A stretch of DNA of 32,000 nucleotides from Trichodesmium erythraeum IMS101 (lineage in GTDB: Bacteria > Cyanobacteriota > Cyanobacteriia > Cyanobacteriales > Microcoleaceae). The first letter of the stretch is position 1, and each line of letters opens with the position of its first letter. The notes below the pieces were generated by a model, which had not been told where the DNA came from, did not search any database, and was given only the letters and a program-made list of their open reading frames with translations. The stretch is from assembly GCF_000014265.1 (NCBI RefSeq), contig NC_008312.1:4320001-4352000 (forward strand), written 5' to 3'. Made by a program: the position numbers and the translations under genes. Positions 1-9,205 of this stretch are shown here, piece after piece.

Positions 1-788
1 TTTTCATAATTAGTAGGGGAAAGTTTCTTTTTGAATGTTTCCATATCTACCTCAACTTTTCCGGCTGTAGCGATCGCTGCCAGAGGAGCAAAACCTAATG
101 CTTCTGTATTAATTTCTTCATCTGGGTTAGCATTACTATCACCAAAAAGATGGTCAAAGTGAAAAGTAGTTTCCAACTCTGCAGTCTCTCCAGCTTTAAG
201 AATACCTTTACGTTGATCCCCGACAAAATCTCCACAGGTAAATTCTAGTTCGTGGTCAATTTTGACAATAAAAGATATAGTCTTACTATCTTTAGTAGCT
301 GTGCCACTCATTAATAAAGAATAACCTTGAACAGGGCTTTTAGTTGCTTTAAGCATTTTCCAAGAGATAGCATTGTAGTGACCTGGAGGAGCAGATATTT
401 CACTGACTAAAATAGTTTCTGCTGTTTCATTTCCTTCTGCCAAGTTTACCACTTTGCTTTTAGTAAGAATGACTTTTTCTTTTGCCTCTAGTTTTGCCCC
501 TGTTTCAGCTTTGTAGGGTGGGTCTGTTTGATAGGCAGTAACTTCAACTAGATTAATGTAGAGTTTATCAAATGTTATTTTCCACCCATCTTTAGTAATA
601 AAGCCTTTCCTAACAAAATCTTCTCCATTGGCACGGAGCTTAAGATTACCTTTAGTTTTGTCAATTATTTGAGTTGAATTGGTATTATCTTGATCTATTT
701 GGTTTCGACAACTACTTAATAGAGAAGTAGGAGTTACAAAAGTTAGAGTCAATAGCATTAAAAGTAGTTTTCTAATCCTCATTTTCAT
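1..788 (-). CDS. Exported lipoprotein of unknown function (C-terminus cut by window edge)
   Basis: The reverse frame stays open from nt 1 up to ATG at 788-786 (second ATG at 782-780). My translation starts MKMRIRKLLLMLLTLTFVTPTSLLSSCRNQ, a signal peptide plus lipobox L-S-S-C. It is absent from the ORF track only because it has no stop inside the window. No family recognised by eye. Confidence 0.6.
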   Translation of the reverse strand, partial: MKMRIRKLLLMLLTLTFVTPTSLLSSCRNQIDQDNTNSTQIIDKTKGNLKLRANGEDFVRKGFITKDGWKITFDKLYINLVEVTAYQTDPPYKAETGAKLEAKEKVILTKSKVVNLAEGNETAETILVSEISAPPGHYNAISWKMLKATKSPVQGYSLLMSGTATKDSKTISFIVKIDHELEFTCGDFVGDQRKGILKAGETAELETTFHFDHLFGDSNANPDEEINTEALGFAPLAAIATAGKVEVDMETFKKKLSPTNYE

Positions 789-1193
789 GGCTTTGATAAT
801 GGCAAAGGTTAAGATGTTCAGAGTAAGTGATTATACAACCATTAACTATCTTTTTAAAGTAATTATCTAAATAGTGTAGATATATTTTTGTTGGCCTTTT
901 TGACTGATGTATTTATTTTTCTATGAAACTGCTTAAGAGTAAAATTAGTAATCTTGAGGAGGCATTATATATAATTTTGGTCATTAAGTATCCCATGATA
1001 AAGAAAGTTATGTATTCATGTATTCAGAAAAAAAAAGGAATAATTGAAGCTGTGGAAATTGCTTAAGAGTATACCTAGTCATATCTGTCTTGGACTAAGG
1101 AAGAAAACCTAACTAAAAATTGTCAATATTTTCCATACCCATTAATATAGATTTGTCTTAGTATTAACAAAAAAATTCTCTCAACTAACTAAT

Positions 1194-1547
1194 ATGATAA
1201 ATTATTTTCATTTTCTATCCTTGTCTGGAATCGTTGCTAGCTTAATTGCCATCAGTTCTTGTGCAAGTACAATTACTCCTAACACCACTCCTAATACTAG
1301 TCCAGGTACTTCAAATTCAAATGTATCTATTCCTCCTGGTGCTACAATCAAAATAGATATAAATGATGCTTCAGACTCAGATTTAAAAAAATTAGCAATC
1401 AAGTTAAATGTACCTAATTTACCAGAAAAAATAAAAGAAAGCCGTCCTTACAAAGATATTAATGAATTGGCCATCAAAAAAGTTATGAGCCCTAAACAAT
1501 TAGACTTTGTTAAGAATGATATAACTGTGGTAACACCTCAACAATAA
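1194..1547 (+). CDS. Small lipoprotein with PsbU/ComEA-like helix-hairpin-helix C-terminal domain
   Basis: 117-aa ORF. It has an N-terminal hydrophobic segment ending in lipobox I-S-S-C, then a Thr/Pro/Asn-rich linker. The C-terminal part KIDIND..RPYKDINEL..SPKQLDFVKNDITVVTP resembles by eye the KIDLNN..PY..VEDVL..Q..L..N..FTVT pattern of PsbU and the ComEA HhH domain. No obvious Shine-Dalgarno. Confidence 0.5.
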   Translation: MINYFHFLSLSGIVASLIAISSCASTITPNTTPNTSPGTSNSNVSIPPGATIKIDINDASDSDLKKLAIKLNVPNLPEKIKESRPYKDINELAIKKVMSPKQLDFVKNDITVVTPQQ

Positions 1548-2986
1548 TCAAACAATAATTAACTTCAAAAATTTACTTTTTTAAATAAGTACTCAGCCAT
1601 TAAAAGAATTGTTATTTTTAGGTTTATAAGATAATTTAAACTCCTTCTAAATTAAGTGGAGCTTTGAATTTTCTGGATTTTTTTATGAGGCTGATAGTTT
1701 TTAAATTGTATATTTTTCCCCTGCTAATATTACTAGTATTTAGTAGGGGTTGATAAAAATAATTTTTACTTTGATAATCTAGAATTTCAAAAAAAATCAA
1801 GTCAAATAGGTCGAGGTTATTTATATATTTTGGTTGAGGTTAAAAATGCTAGCCCATGAAAGAAATAACCTTGTTTACCTTGCCTCTATCCATTGAAAAA
1901 GAGTGTTAAAATTTTGATGATTTATAAAAAACTAAATGTCAAAAAAATGGTTGACTATTTATCCTGATTATTAGGAGAAAGTAAACATAAAAATATTGCT
2001 CAAATCACTGACAACATTATTGGATATTCATATAATAATATACATTTTTTTATTATCTATGCTCAATGGAAAAATAATTAGACTTATGAATTAAATTTTC
2101 AATATTATATCTATTTGCTCTCATTGTTGATTATTTTAGTCCTATAAAAAGTGGTAATTTTACTAATAGAGTAGGTAGACAATATCTCGAAAAAAAAAGA
2201 AAACACATTGAAAATTTTGCCGGGAATACTTCATGATATTTTGGTTTAAAATAGTCTTAAGTAAGAAGTAAAACCAGTATCATATGTCACTTGATTTTAC
2301 TATTTACAGCTTATAAATGATTTGTCAACTTAGCCGATAGTTTTCTATTACCTAGTTTTTATGAATTTGTGGTTTACTGGACAAAACTTGCAAAGCCTAA
2401 GCATAGCAATAAATTTAGGTTTTGAATATTTACTTTATAAATTAGCTCTTATACTTTTATAGCGATAGGGAATTCGGTGGTTTATGATATACAGTAGTAC
2501 TAGCTCTTTAGATAGTTTTTGAAATATGGAATTAAGTTGTTATTCTTGTTGATCATATTTAGGAAAATAAACATATCACAGTTTATTAGGAATAAACTGT
2601 ATAAATTATCAACAATTAATGAGATGGAACAAGAAAACCCTATGCTAATAAATCTTTGACAAATTTTGCTGAAACATAGTTAAGCATTTTTTATAGGAAT
2701 TTCTTAAATCTTTTTTTTGTTGACTGCAAGAATATCAAGACGTTTTTGCTAAATATAAAGCGAATCTGGGATTTGTTTGGGAATAGAGTCAGATATTAAC
2801 CTACTTTTAACCCAAGATTGAGGTGATTTGATTTCCCTTTTTCTTAAAGTTGAATTATCTATATAAATAGTTAATATTTAATATCCTTAAATAAAAGTTA
2901 AATCCAGAAAAGCTTAAATTAATCTTGAATAAATATTGGTCTCTAAATAAGTAGTTACTATTAATTGAGAGACATCTAAACTTAAA

Positions 2987-3466
2987 ATGCCTAAAATGAG
3001 AGAACTTGACAATACAAAATCTGTAGAGTTATTAAACTCTATTATGGAATTTGAACTCGCAGGCGTAGTACGCTATACTCATTATTCCTTAATGGTGACA
3101 GGACCTAATCGCATACCAATTGTACAATTTTTTCAAGCTCAAGCTAATGAATCTTTACTTCATGCTCAACAAGCAGGAGAAATATTAACAGGTTTAGAAG
3201 GTCATCCGACATTAAAAGTGGCTTCGATTGAAGAAACAAATAAACATTCAGTAGCAGATCTTTTAAAGGAAAGTCTGAACCATGAAGCTAAAGCTTTAGA
3301 ACTGTATAAAAAATTCTTAGAAACTGTAGAAAATGCAAGTATATATCTAGAAGAATATGCTCGTACAATGATTGGTCAAGAAGAGTTACATAACATGGAA
3401 ATAAAAAAAATGTTGCGTGATTTCACTAGCAATGAAGTTAAATCTGATTTAGGGAAAAAAGAGTAA
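2987..3466 (+). CDS. Ferritin-like four-helix-bundle iron-storage protein (bacterioferritin/Dps superfamily)
   Basis: 159-aa ORF. It aligns by eye without gaps to E. coli bacterioferritin over the first two helices (LN..ELxxxxxY ... H A ... LEG.P.L) and carries E..EELH near the C-terminus. The exact subfamily is not resolved. Confidence 0.75.
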   Translation: MPKMRELDNTKSVELLNSIMEFELAGVVRYTHYSLMVTGPNRIPIVQFFQAQANESLLHAQQAGEILTGLEGHPTLKVASIEETNKHSVADLLKESLNHEAKALELYKKFLETVENASIYLEEYARTMIGQEELHNMEIKKMLRDFTSNEVKSDLGKKE

Positions 3467-3684
3467 TTGGATTGCTTAGGTATTGATTTTTATATCTAGC
3501 AATAATAGCTAGGATTAATAATTGAAAAAATATTAAGTATACACCAGTTTTGGAGTTAATGAAGTACAAAGTTTGACGAGTTTAGGATTTGAGATAATTA
3601 AGTAATGAAAAGAAAATAAAGCCGGAAAAAATTAATTATATTCAAAAGGTTTCCCAAGGAAAAACCACAAATTTCCGGCCTTAT

Positions 3685-3950
3685 TTAATTTACTTTCCTA
3701 AGTAAACTTTGCCAATTCTCATAGGTATCAAATTCAATCCATTCATATTTAATTAATTTCCAGAGAATGTCAATTAAGTTTTGCTTAGGTGAGTAAGTAG
3801 GTAACCAAAAAATTTTACGGGGTGAAAAGCTAGTTGAAAGAGATATATAGCAAAGGATTTGTGTGGTAGGATTGAATAACACTTCAATTAAAGAAAACCC
3901 TTATTGATAATGAATGGGGTGCAGTACATTAAACCTCCTAGTTGTAGTTG
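3685..3950 (-). pseudogene. IS630-family transposase, C-terminal relic
   Basis: The track ORF 3685..3882 contains WLPTYSPKQNLIDILWKLIKYEW, the LPxYSPxLNxIE..W..K motif of IS630/Tc1-type DDE transposases. Upstream, in another frame, VLHPIHYQ* looks like a decayed DNAxxH block. The N-terminal two thirds are missing. Confidence 0.7.
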
Positions 3951-4760
3951 ATTATTTATTTACTTAAAGGCTTTTAAAACTGCTAAAAATATGATGTGAG
4001 AGGGTTGATAATTACAGGTAAAAATGAAAAAGCTCGAACAAGACTAAAGCTTTTTGAATGGATAGTTAGCGATCGCGAAGTAGAACAGAGTTTGATCCCA
4101 ACACAATTACAGTTAAAGATCGCTCTGACCTTTTGGGGGAATAATATAAATTCGGTAGCATTGGTGTAACTTAGATAGTTAATTAGGAGTCAGTACTGAG
4201 AACTAAGAAGTTAGGAGGAAAGAGAACTTAGGAATATTTGCAGGTTAGGCTCAAGATAAAATATTTTTTTTAGACTGAATTAAGCAGGTTTCATATAAAG
4301 AAGGGGTTAACTTAACTAAAACGTTATTATTACACTCCAAAGCGAGCATATTTGTATGAAAGGCTTTTTCTTCCAGGCAATCGACTTTTTTTACCAATAA
4401 TTAGGGAAACTACCCTAATAATCCAATACGGTTCAGTTAAGATTTTTTTTGCAGTTCTGTAATCTTAAAAACTCATAATTTTGGTTTAAGATCATAATAG
4501 TTTTGGTTTTATTTAAGCTATATTATATTATAATTAGTAACTTCAAAAAGACTCCAGCAAAGATTAGAAGTTTACCAACTAAGTCCAGTGGATAACTGTA
4601 GCTTTTGTACTGAGGAGATTATTTTGGGATTTGAAAATAAATTGTGTAAAATAAACCAAATTTATCTTTAACATTGTAAAATAAATGTGATTTGATAAAG
4701 TTCTTTTGACAAACCACTTTTTACTCCTTAACAAGACAAAAATTATAAAACATGATACTA

Positions 4761-4861
4761 ATACCAATTTCATAAACTTAGGCTACATTACTTAAGATTA
4801 ATAAGATTATATGATTTTATTCTTGAGTATAATGTGTAGCCATACTTAAGGAAATTGGTAT
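4761..4861. repeat. 101-bp palindromic MITE-like element, copy 1
   Basis: Perfect 11-bp termini ATACCAATTTC / GAAATTGGTAT. The interior is an imperfect long hairpin (GGCTACA..TGTAGCC, CTTAAG twice). It is 94/101 identical to the reverse complement of 16241-16341. Confidence 0.75.
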
Positions 4862-4936
4862 AACTACCACCAAAATTAAAATTTGGTACTAAAATGCAGC
4901 AAAAGTTAATTTTTTTTGCTGCTAGGAGTTAATGTT

Positions 4937-5995
4937 ATGAAAAAATCAGCACCTGTGCCAATAGGAATTGTAGGTGCTTCCGGCTATGGCGGGGTGCAAC
5001 TTGTGAAGCTGCTTCAGAATCATCCCAAAGTAGAAGTTGTTTATTTGGGAGGGGATAGCAGTGCAGGAAAACCTTTTTCTTCAATCTACCCTCACTTAGA
5101 GCATTCTGTAGACTTAAAAATAGAATCAATAGAGTTGGACAAAATTGCCAATAAATCTCAGATAGTTTTCCTCTCCCTACCTAATGGTCTAGCTTGGAAG
5201 ATGGCACCCAACCTATTAGAAAAAGGATGTAAAGTATTAGACCTCTCAGCTGACTATCGGTTTAGTAATCTTGAAACCTATCAATCTTGGTATGGCGGAG
5301 AACGTACAGATCAAAAAATAGCAGCTACTGCGGTTTATGGTTTACCAGAATTGTATCGCGATCGTATAGCCAATGCTCAACTTATTGGTTGTCCTGGTTG
5401 TTATGTTACTGCTAGTCTTTTAGCGCTTTCGCCACTGTTTAAACAGGGTTTGATAGTACCAGAAACTGCAATTATTGATGCTAAATCAGGTACATCGGGA
5501 GGTGGCCGAAAAGCAAATATTAATATGTTACTGGCTGAAGCAGATAACTCTGTTGGTCCTTACGGAGTAGCTAGTCATCGACATACTCCAGAAATTGAAC
5601 AAATTTGTAGTAACCTGGCAGGTTATGATGTGAAAGTGCAATTCACTCCTCATCTAATGCCAATGGTACGGGGGATATTAGCTACAGTATATGGTACTCT
5701 CCGAGACCCTGGATTGGTGCGAGAAGACTTATTGACTATTTACAATGCTTTTTATCGTAATTGTCCTTGGGTAAAGGTATTGCCCAGTGGTACTTATCCT
5801 CAAACTAAGTGGGCAAGTGGTACTAATCTTTGTTATCTTGGTATTGAGGTGGATCATCGTACTGATAGAGTGATTATTATGTCAGCCATTGATAATCTAA
5901 TCAAAGGTCAAGCTGGCCAGAGTATTCAGTGTATGAATTTGATGATGGGTTGGGAAGAGACTTTGGGTTTGCCTCAATTAAGTTTTTATCCCTAA
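4937..5995 (+). CDS. argC: N-acetyl-gamma-glutamyl-phosphate reductase
   Basis: Has the [10 protein letters not shown] dinucleotide-binding N-terminus, the [14 protein letters not shown] active-site Cys region, and end-to-end ArgC-like sequence. The ORF-track start 4916 is TTG; I prefer ATG 4937, preceded by AGGAG at 4924-4928. Confidence 0.95.
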
Positions 5996-6050
5996 TAGGT
6001 GAGTGTTTTTGTTTTCTTTCTATATCTTCCCTAATATCTGTCTAGCAATT

Positions 6051-6087
6051 GGTTAGTTTTTTGGTGGTATTATGCCACCTACTAACC
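6051..6087 (+). terminator. Stem-loop downstream of argC (candidate terminator)
   Basis: GGTTAGT(6051-6057) pairs with ACTAACC(6081-6087), and GGTGG(6063-6067) pairs with CCACC(6075-6079). It lies 56 nt after the argC stop. There is no clean U-tract. Confidence 0.35.
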
Positions 6088-6205
6088 TTAATTAGCACTT
6101 TCAAAAAAGATATGATATTATGTTTAGATAATTAGTTATAATATAGTATTTATTTGTACTTTTGCTCTAGGTCCTAAAATATTTATCTATAGTATTAAAA
6201 GAATA

Positions 6206-6233
6206 CCCACACTTCAAAATATTTTAGTGTGGG
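6206..6233 (+). terminator. Perfect 8-bp stem-loop with T-rich flanks (candidate bidirectional terminator)
   Basis: CCCACACT(6206-6213), a 12-nt loop, then AGTGTGGG(6226-6233), followed by ATTAATTTTAAT. The complement is also followed by a T-rich run. Confidence 0.4.
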
Positions 6234-6759
6234 ATTAATTTTAATCAATTAATTTATGCTCTGCAAAAAGAAATGATAGTTTAATCAAATTAATTATGAA
6301 ATATAACTATAAATATCCTATCTATCCAAATCAAATCTATATTAATAAATTAAGTTAACTATGGAGATTAGTTCGGACATTGCGGTTGGTAGTACATAAC
6401 TATTAGTAAATACCTGAAAACAAAATATCATATTTTATTGATTGTCATGTTTTAGGTATAAAATTCTTATATTACTCAATTATAAATCGAAGCTTTTTCT
6501 ACGCCTTAAAGAGATAAAAAAGCTCTTTTATAGATCCTGAAAATATATTATATTCAGGAACGCCCTAATCTTGTATTAGCTATTCCTTAAACTTCTAAAA
6601 AATTGTACTTCCAAGACTATAAAAATACTGTTATTATACACAGTGGAAATTAAATAATTAGAATGTAAAACGAACAATAGTTATTAAAAGTTATTAAATT
6701 ATTAGTCGATCTTCATAAAGTGTTTCATAGTAAGGCAAAAAAAAATTAATAAGCTTTCT

Positions 6760-7045
6760 TTAGATGTTCATTATCTTCAATTCTAATATAATCTTTTTTT
6801 CTCTTTCTTTAAATCCTTGACTAGATAATACACAATTATGCCATCCCCCTTCCCATTGATTAATGTCAGGTTGAGATTCAGCTTTCCATTCTAAAGCTTT
6901 TTCAATAAATGGTATACCTATAATATTACAATAAGTTTTTACAGTTGCTTTAGTTTTTTTACTAAATCATATGGATCAATTACTACTGTCAGTTTTCCAC
7001 TAATTTCTTGAGCTATTTCAAACAGCTTATGATGATTCGTAAGTT
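6760..7045 (-). pseudogene. Sulfotransferase-like protein, C-terminal fragment (tentative family)
   Basis: Reverse translation gives KLFEIAQEISGKLTVVIDPYDLVKK, a frameshift, then KTKATVKTYCNIIGIPFIEKALEWKAESQPDINQWEGGWHNCVLSSQGFKERE and stop at 6760-6762. By eye this resembles the C-terminal third of a P-loop sulfotransferase-like family common in cyanobacteria. No N-terminal part is present. Confidence 0.4.
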
Positions 7046-7492
7046 TACGGACTTGCAAACATTCTTCATAAGTTTCACAAGGCTGTTCAAAATATAAAAT
7101 AAAATCGGCTCTTTGACGGAGTTGATCACCCGTATTGCTTCATCCACTAGCCAAGCGCAACATCAAAGGTTGCCGTTTCATTCGGGGGCAAATATGTACC
7201 GATAGCCTTTAATCCTCTCAATATCTAACGCCACATCTGCACCAATTTTACAGGTATGAACCGCTTCCCCTTTGGCTTGACCCCGTTTAATTGATTCAAT
7301 CATTTCTTCTGGAGTACCTGTGGGAACAGAATTTTGGATAGTTATAGCTTGGTAGATACGACCCTCAAACTTCACAAAGGGGCAGTTTCGTTGCTTTGCC
7401 CAGGATATCCCAACAAGCCATATCCAGAGCTGACTTAATATAGGGGTGACCGGGTAAGGCGATATCAATCATCCGATATATCAAACCGATAC
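7046..7492 (-). pseudogene. Mandelate racemase/muconate lactonizing enzyme (enolase-superfamily) gene, frameshifted and truncated
   Basis: Reverse translation is spread over three frames: HPYIKSALDMACWDILGKATKLPLCE; PFVKFEGRIYQAITIQNSVPTGTPEEMIESIKRGQAKGEAVHTCKIGADVALDIERIKGYRYIFAPE (track ORF 7178..7468); DFILYFEQPCETYEECLQVRKLT. These are capping-domain and barrel motifs of MR/MLE enzymes. The C-terminal half is absent. Confidence 0.7.
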
Positions 7493-8061
7493 GTCGCGGG
7501 CACTTCCTCATGATTTAACACTTTGGCAAACGGTGGCTACTTATTTTGATCGTTGGCAACGTAATGGAGTATGGAAACAAATCAATGACACATTACGAAA
7601 AACAGTGAGAATTAAACAGGGTATAACTGAAGAAGCATCGGCGGCTATCATTGATTTACAGTCAGTAAAAACGATTGAAAAAGGGGGGTGCGTGGAAAAG
7701 AAGCCGGCAAAAATATCAAAGGCAGGAAACGACACAGAAGAGTGGAGACTCAAGGGTTATTGTTAACTGTAGTAGTACACTCAGCCCAGATACAGGATCG
7801 GGATGTAGCTAAGTCTGTATTTCTTCAAGCTAAACATGATGCTCCAAATCTCAAAATTGTTTGGGCAGAACAAGGCTATTGAGGAAAACTGGAGAAATCT
7901 GTGACAATGGTTTGTGGGTATAAATTAGATATTGTTAATAGAACTGAAAAAGGGTTTAAAGTTTTACCCAGACGTTGGGTAGTGGAAAGAACTTTTGCTT
8001 GCTTAGGAGGTTATTGTAGACTTTCTAAAGATTATGAAGAACATCCGGTAGTGCGTCAGTA
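7493..8061 (+). pseudogene. IS5-family (IS1031-like) transposase relic
   Basis: Translation gives LPHDLTLWQTVATYFDRWQRNGVWKQINDTLR, a frameshift near 7690, GRKRHRRVETQGLLLTVVVHSAQIQDRD, an in-frame TGA at 7880-7882, then [23 protein letters not shown]. The N-terminal part of the gene and both element ends are missing. Confidence 0.8.
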
Positions 8062-8109
8062 AAGTGTGGGATAAGTAATTAAGTCGTTCCAACTCCAAGG
8101 GGCGATCGC

Positions 8110-8830
8110 GTTCCTCAGCTCTTTGCGCAGCAGTATTTTCTTTGTGACTATGAACCCAAATCCAATTAAAGTAAGCGATCGCTTACTTTACTTTTACCTC
8201 AGTTTGTGGCCAGAGCTTGCCAAATTTATTCTGTCGGCGATGCCATCGACCGATCTGCTGTCTGATAATTCCATTTGTGCATTCCAATTGCAGGGCAATG
8301 GTTTTTACTAATAATGTGTTCTATTACAGAGGAAGACTCGTTCATACCCTCCCCAATGATCAGTTAGCCATTTTTTACAGCTAGTTTTCCTTTTTGTGTT
8401 GACGATAAATTGCTCAATGAAATAGCGAAGCCTTCATTCATATTTCAATGATTCGTTTAATGCTCAAGCGGTTTTGGTTTTTTTTTGAGCCTAATTATGT
8501 CTGTAATTTTTCTAGCTCTCCTACTTGAAGAATTTCTTGAGGAGAGTAAGAAGGTGGTAATAGTTTTCCTACTTGTTTAATTGAGTTGATAATTGTAGTA
8601 TGGTGACTTTTTTAACTCTTGATATTCCTCTTAAGCCCATACCATTAACATACACTTTTAAGCATTGATCTGTGAGTTAATCACTATAACCTGTATAAGT
8701 TTTATAGCAATCAATAAATTGACGACCAGATTCTACACAGATGTAGTTTTGCTTTTCTTTCTTTTGGCCATTTTTATTGATGTGAGTTGATTGAAATTCT
8801 GGACATTCTATAATTTTTCTGCCTAAGATC
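8110..8830 (-). pseudogene. IS1-family transposase (InsAB-like) relic
   Basis: Reverse translation, with several stops and frameshifts, gives in order: CPEFQSTHINKNGQKKEKQNYICVESGRQF..CLKVYVNGMGLRGISRV (zinc finger plus HTH), LPPSYSPQEILQVGELEKLQT*LGSKKN, WLTDHWGGYERVF, and TNGIIRQQIGRWHRRQ. The order and motifs match IS1 transposases. Confidence 0.65.
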
Positions 8831-9205
8831 GCGATCGCTATGAACTCAAATCATACCTTAATTCACCAACGCCCAAAAGATTAATGACAGATTAGGGTCT
8901 TCAAGGGAATATATGGCTAATCAGTAGCCCAAAATGAAATTATTCGTAATTATTGTGCCCAATAGTATCTCATTCTTATTTAAAAGAACTATACTACTTG
9001 ATTTATCATCTTTTTTTCTCAACTACTGTTTTTGTATTTTTTGTTGCCATAACTTTCTGCTAGCCTGTGTTTTTGAAAAGAACTAATAGCATAATTCAGG
9101 CTTGGTTAAATATTCAAATATTTGCTACCCTTAGCACATAAGTAGCTTGGATATCACTGAGCAACTTATTGTATTTCTTCTAATAAATGAAAATTGAATT
9201 TTATC

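Noticed and set aside
4579-4773. 64-aa track ORF MKLVLVSCFIIFVLLRSKKW...
   Set aside because: It lies in very AT-rich DNA, is dominated by codons for F, I, L, K and N as expected from composition, has no RBS and no recognisable motif, and its 5' end overlaps the MITE-like element (4761-4773). It is likely spurious.
4858-4871. NtcA-like site (GTA-N8-TAC) upstream of argC
   Set aside because: The sequence is GTA TAACTACC ACC, so the second half-site is wrong. It also lies inside the terminal repeat of the MITE-like element.
7178-8311. Track ORFs 7178..7468, 7533..7766, 7541..7753, 7688..7882 and 8123..8311 as independent small genes
   Set aside because: The first, second and fourth are frame fragments of the MR/MLE and IS5 pseudogenes. 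7541..7753 and 8123..8311 are antisense shadows of the IS5 and IS1 relics.
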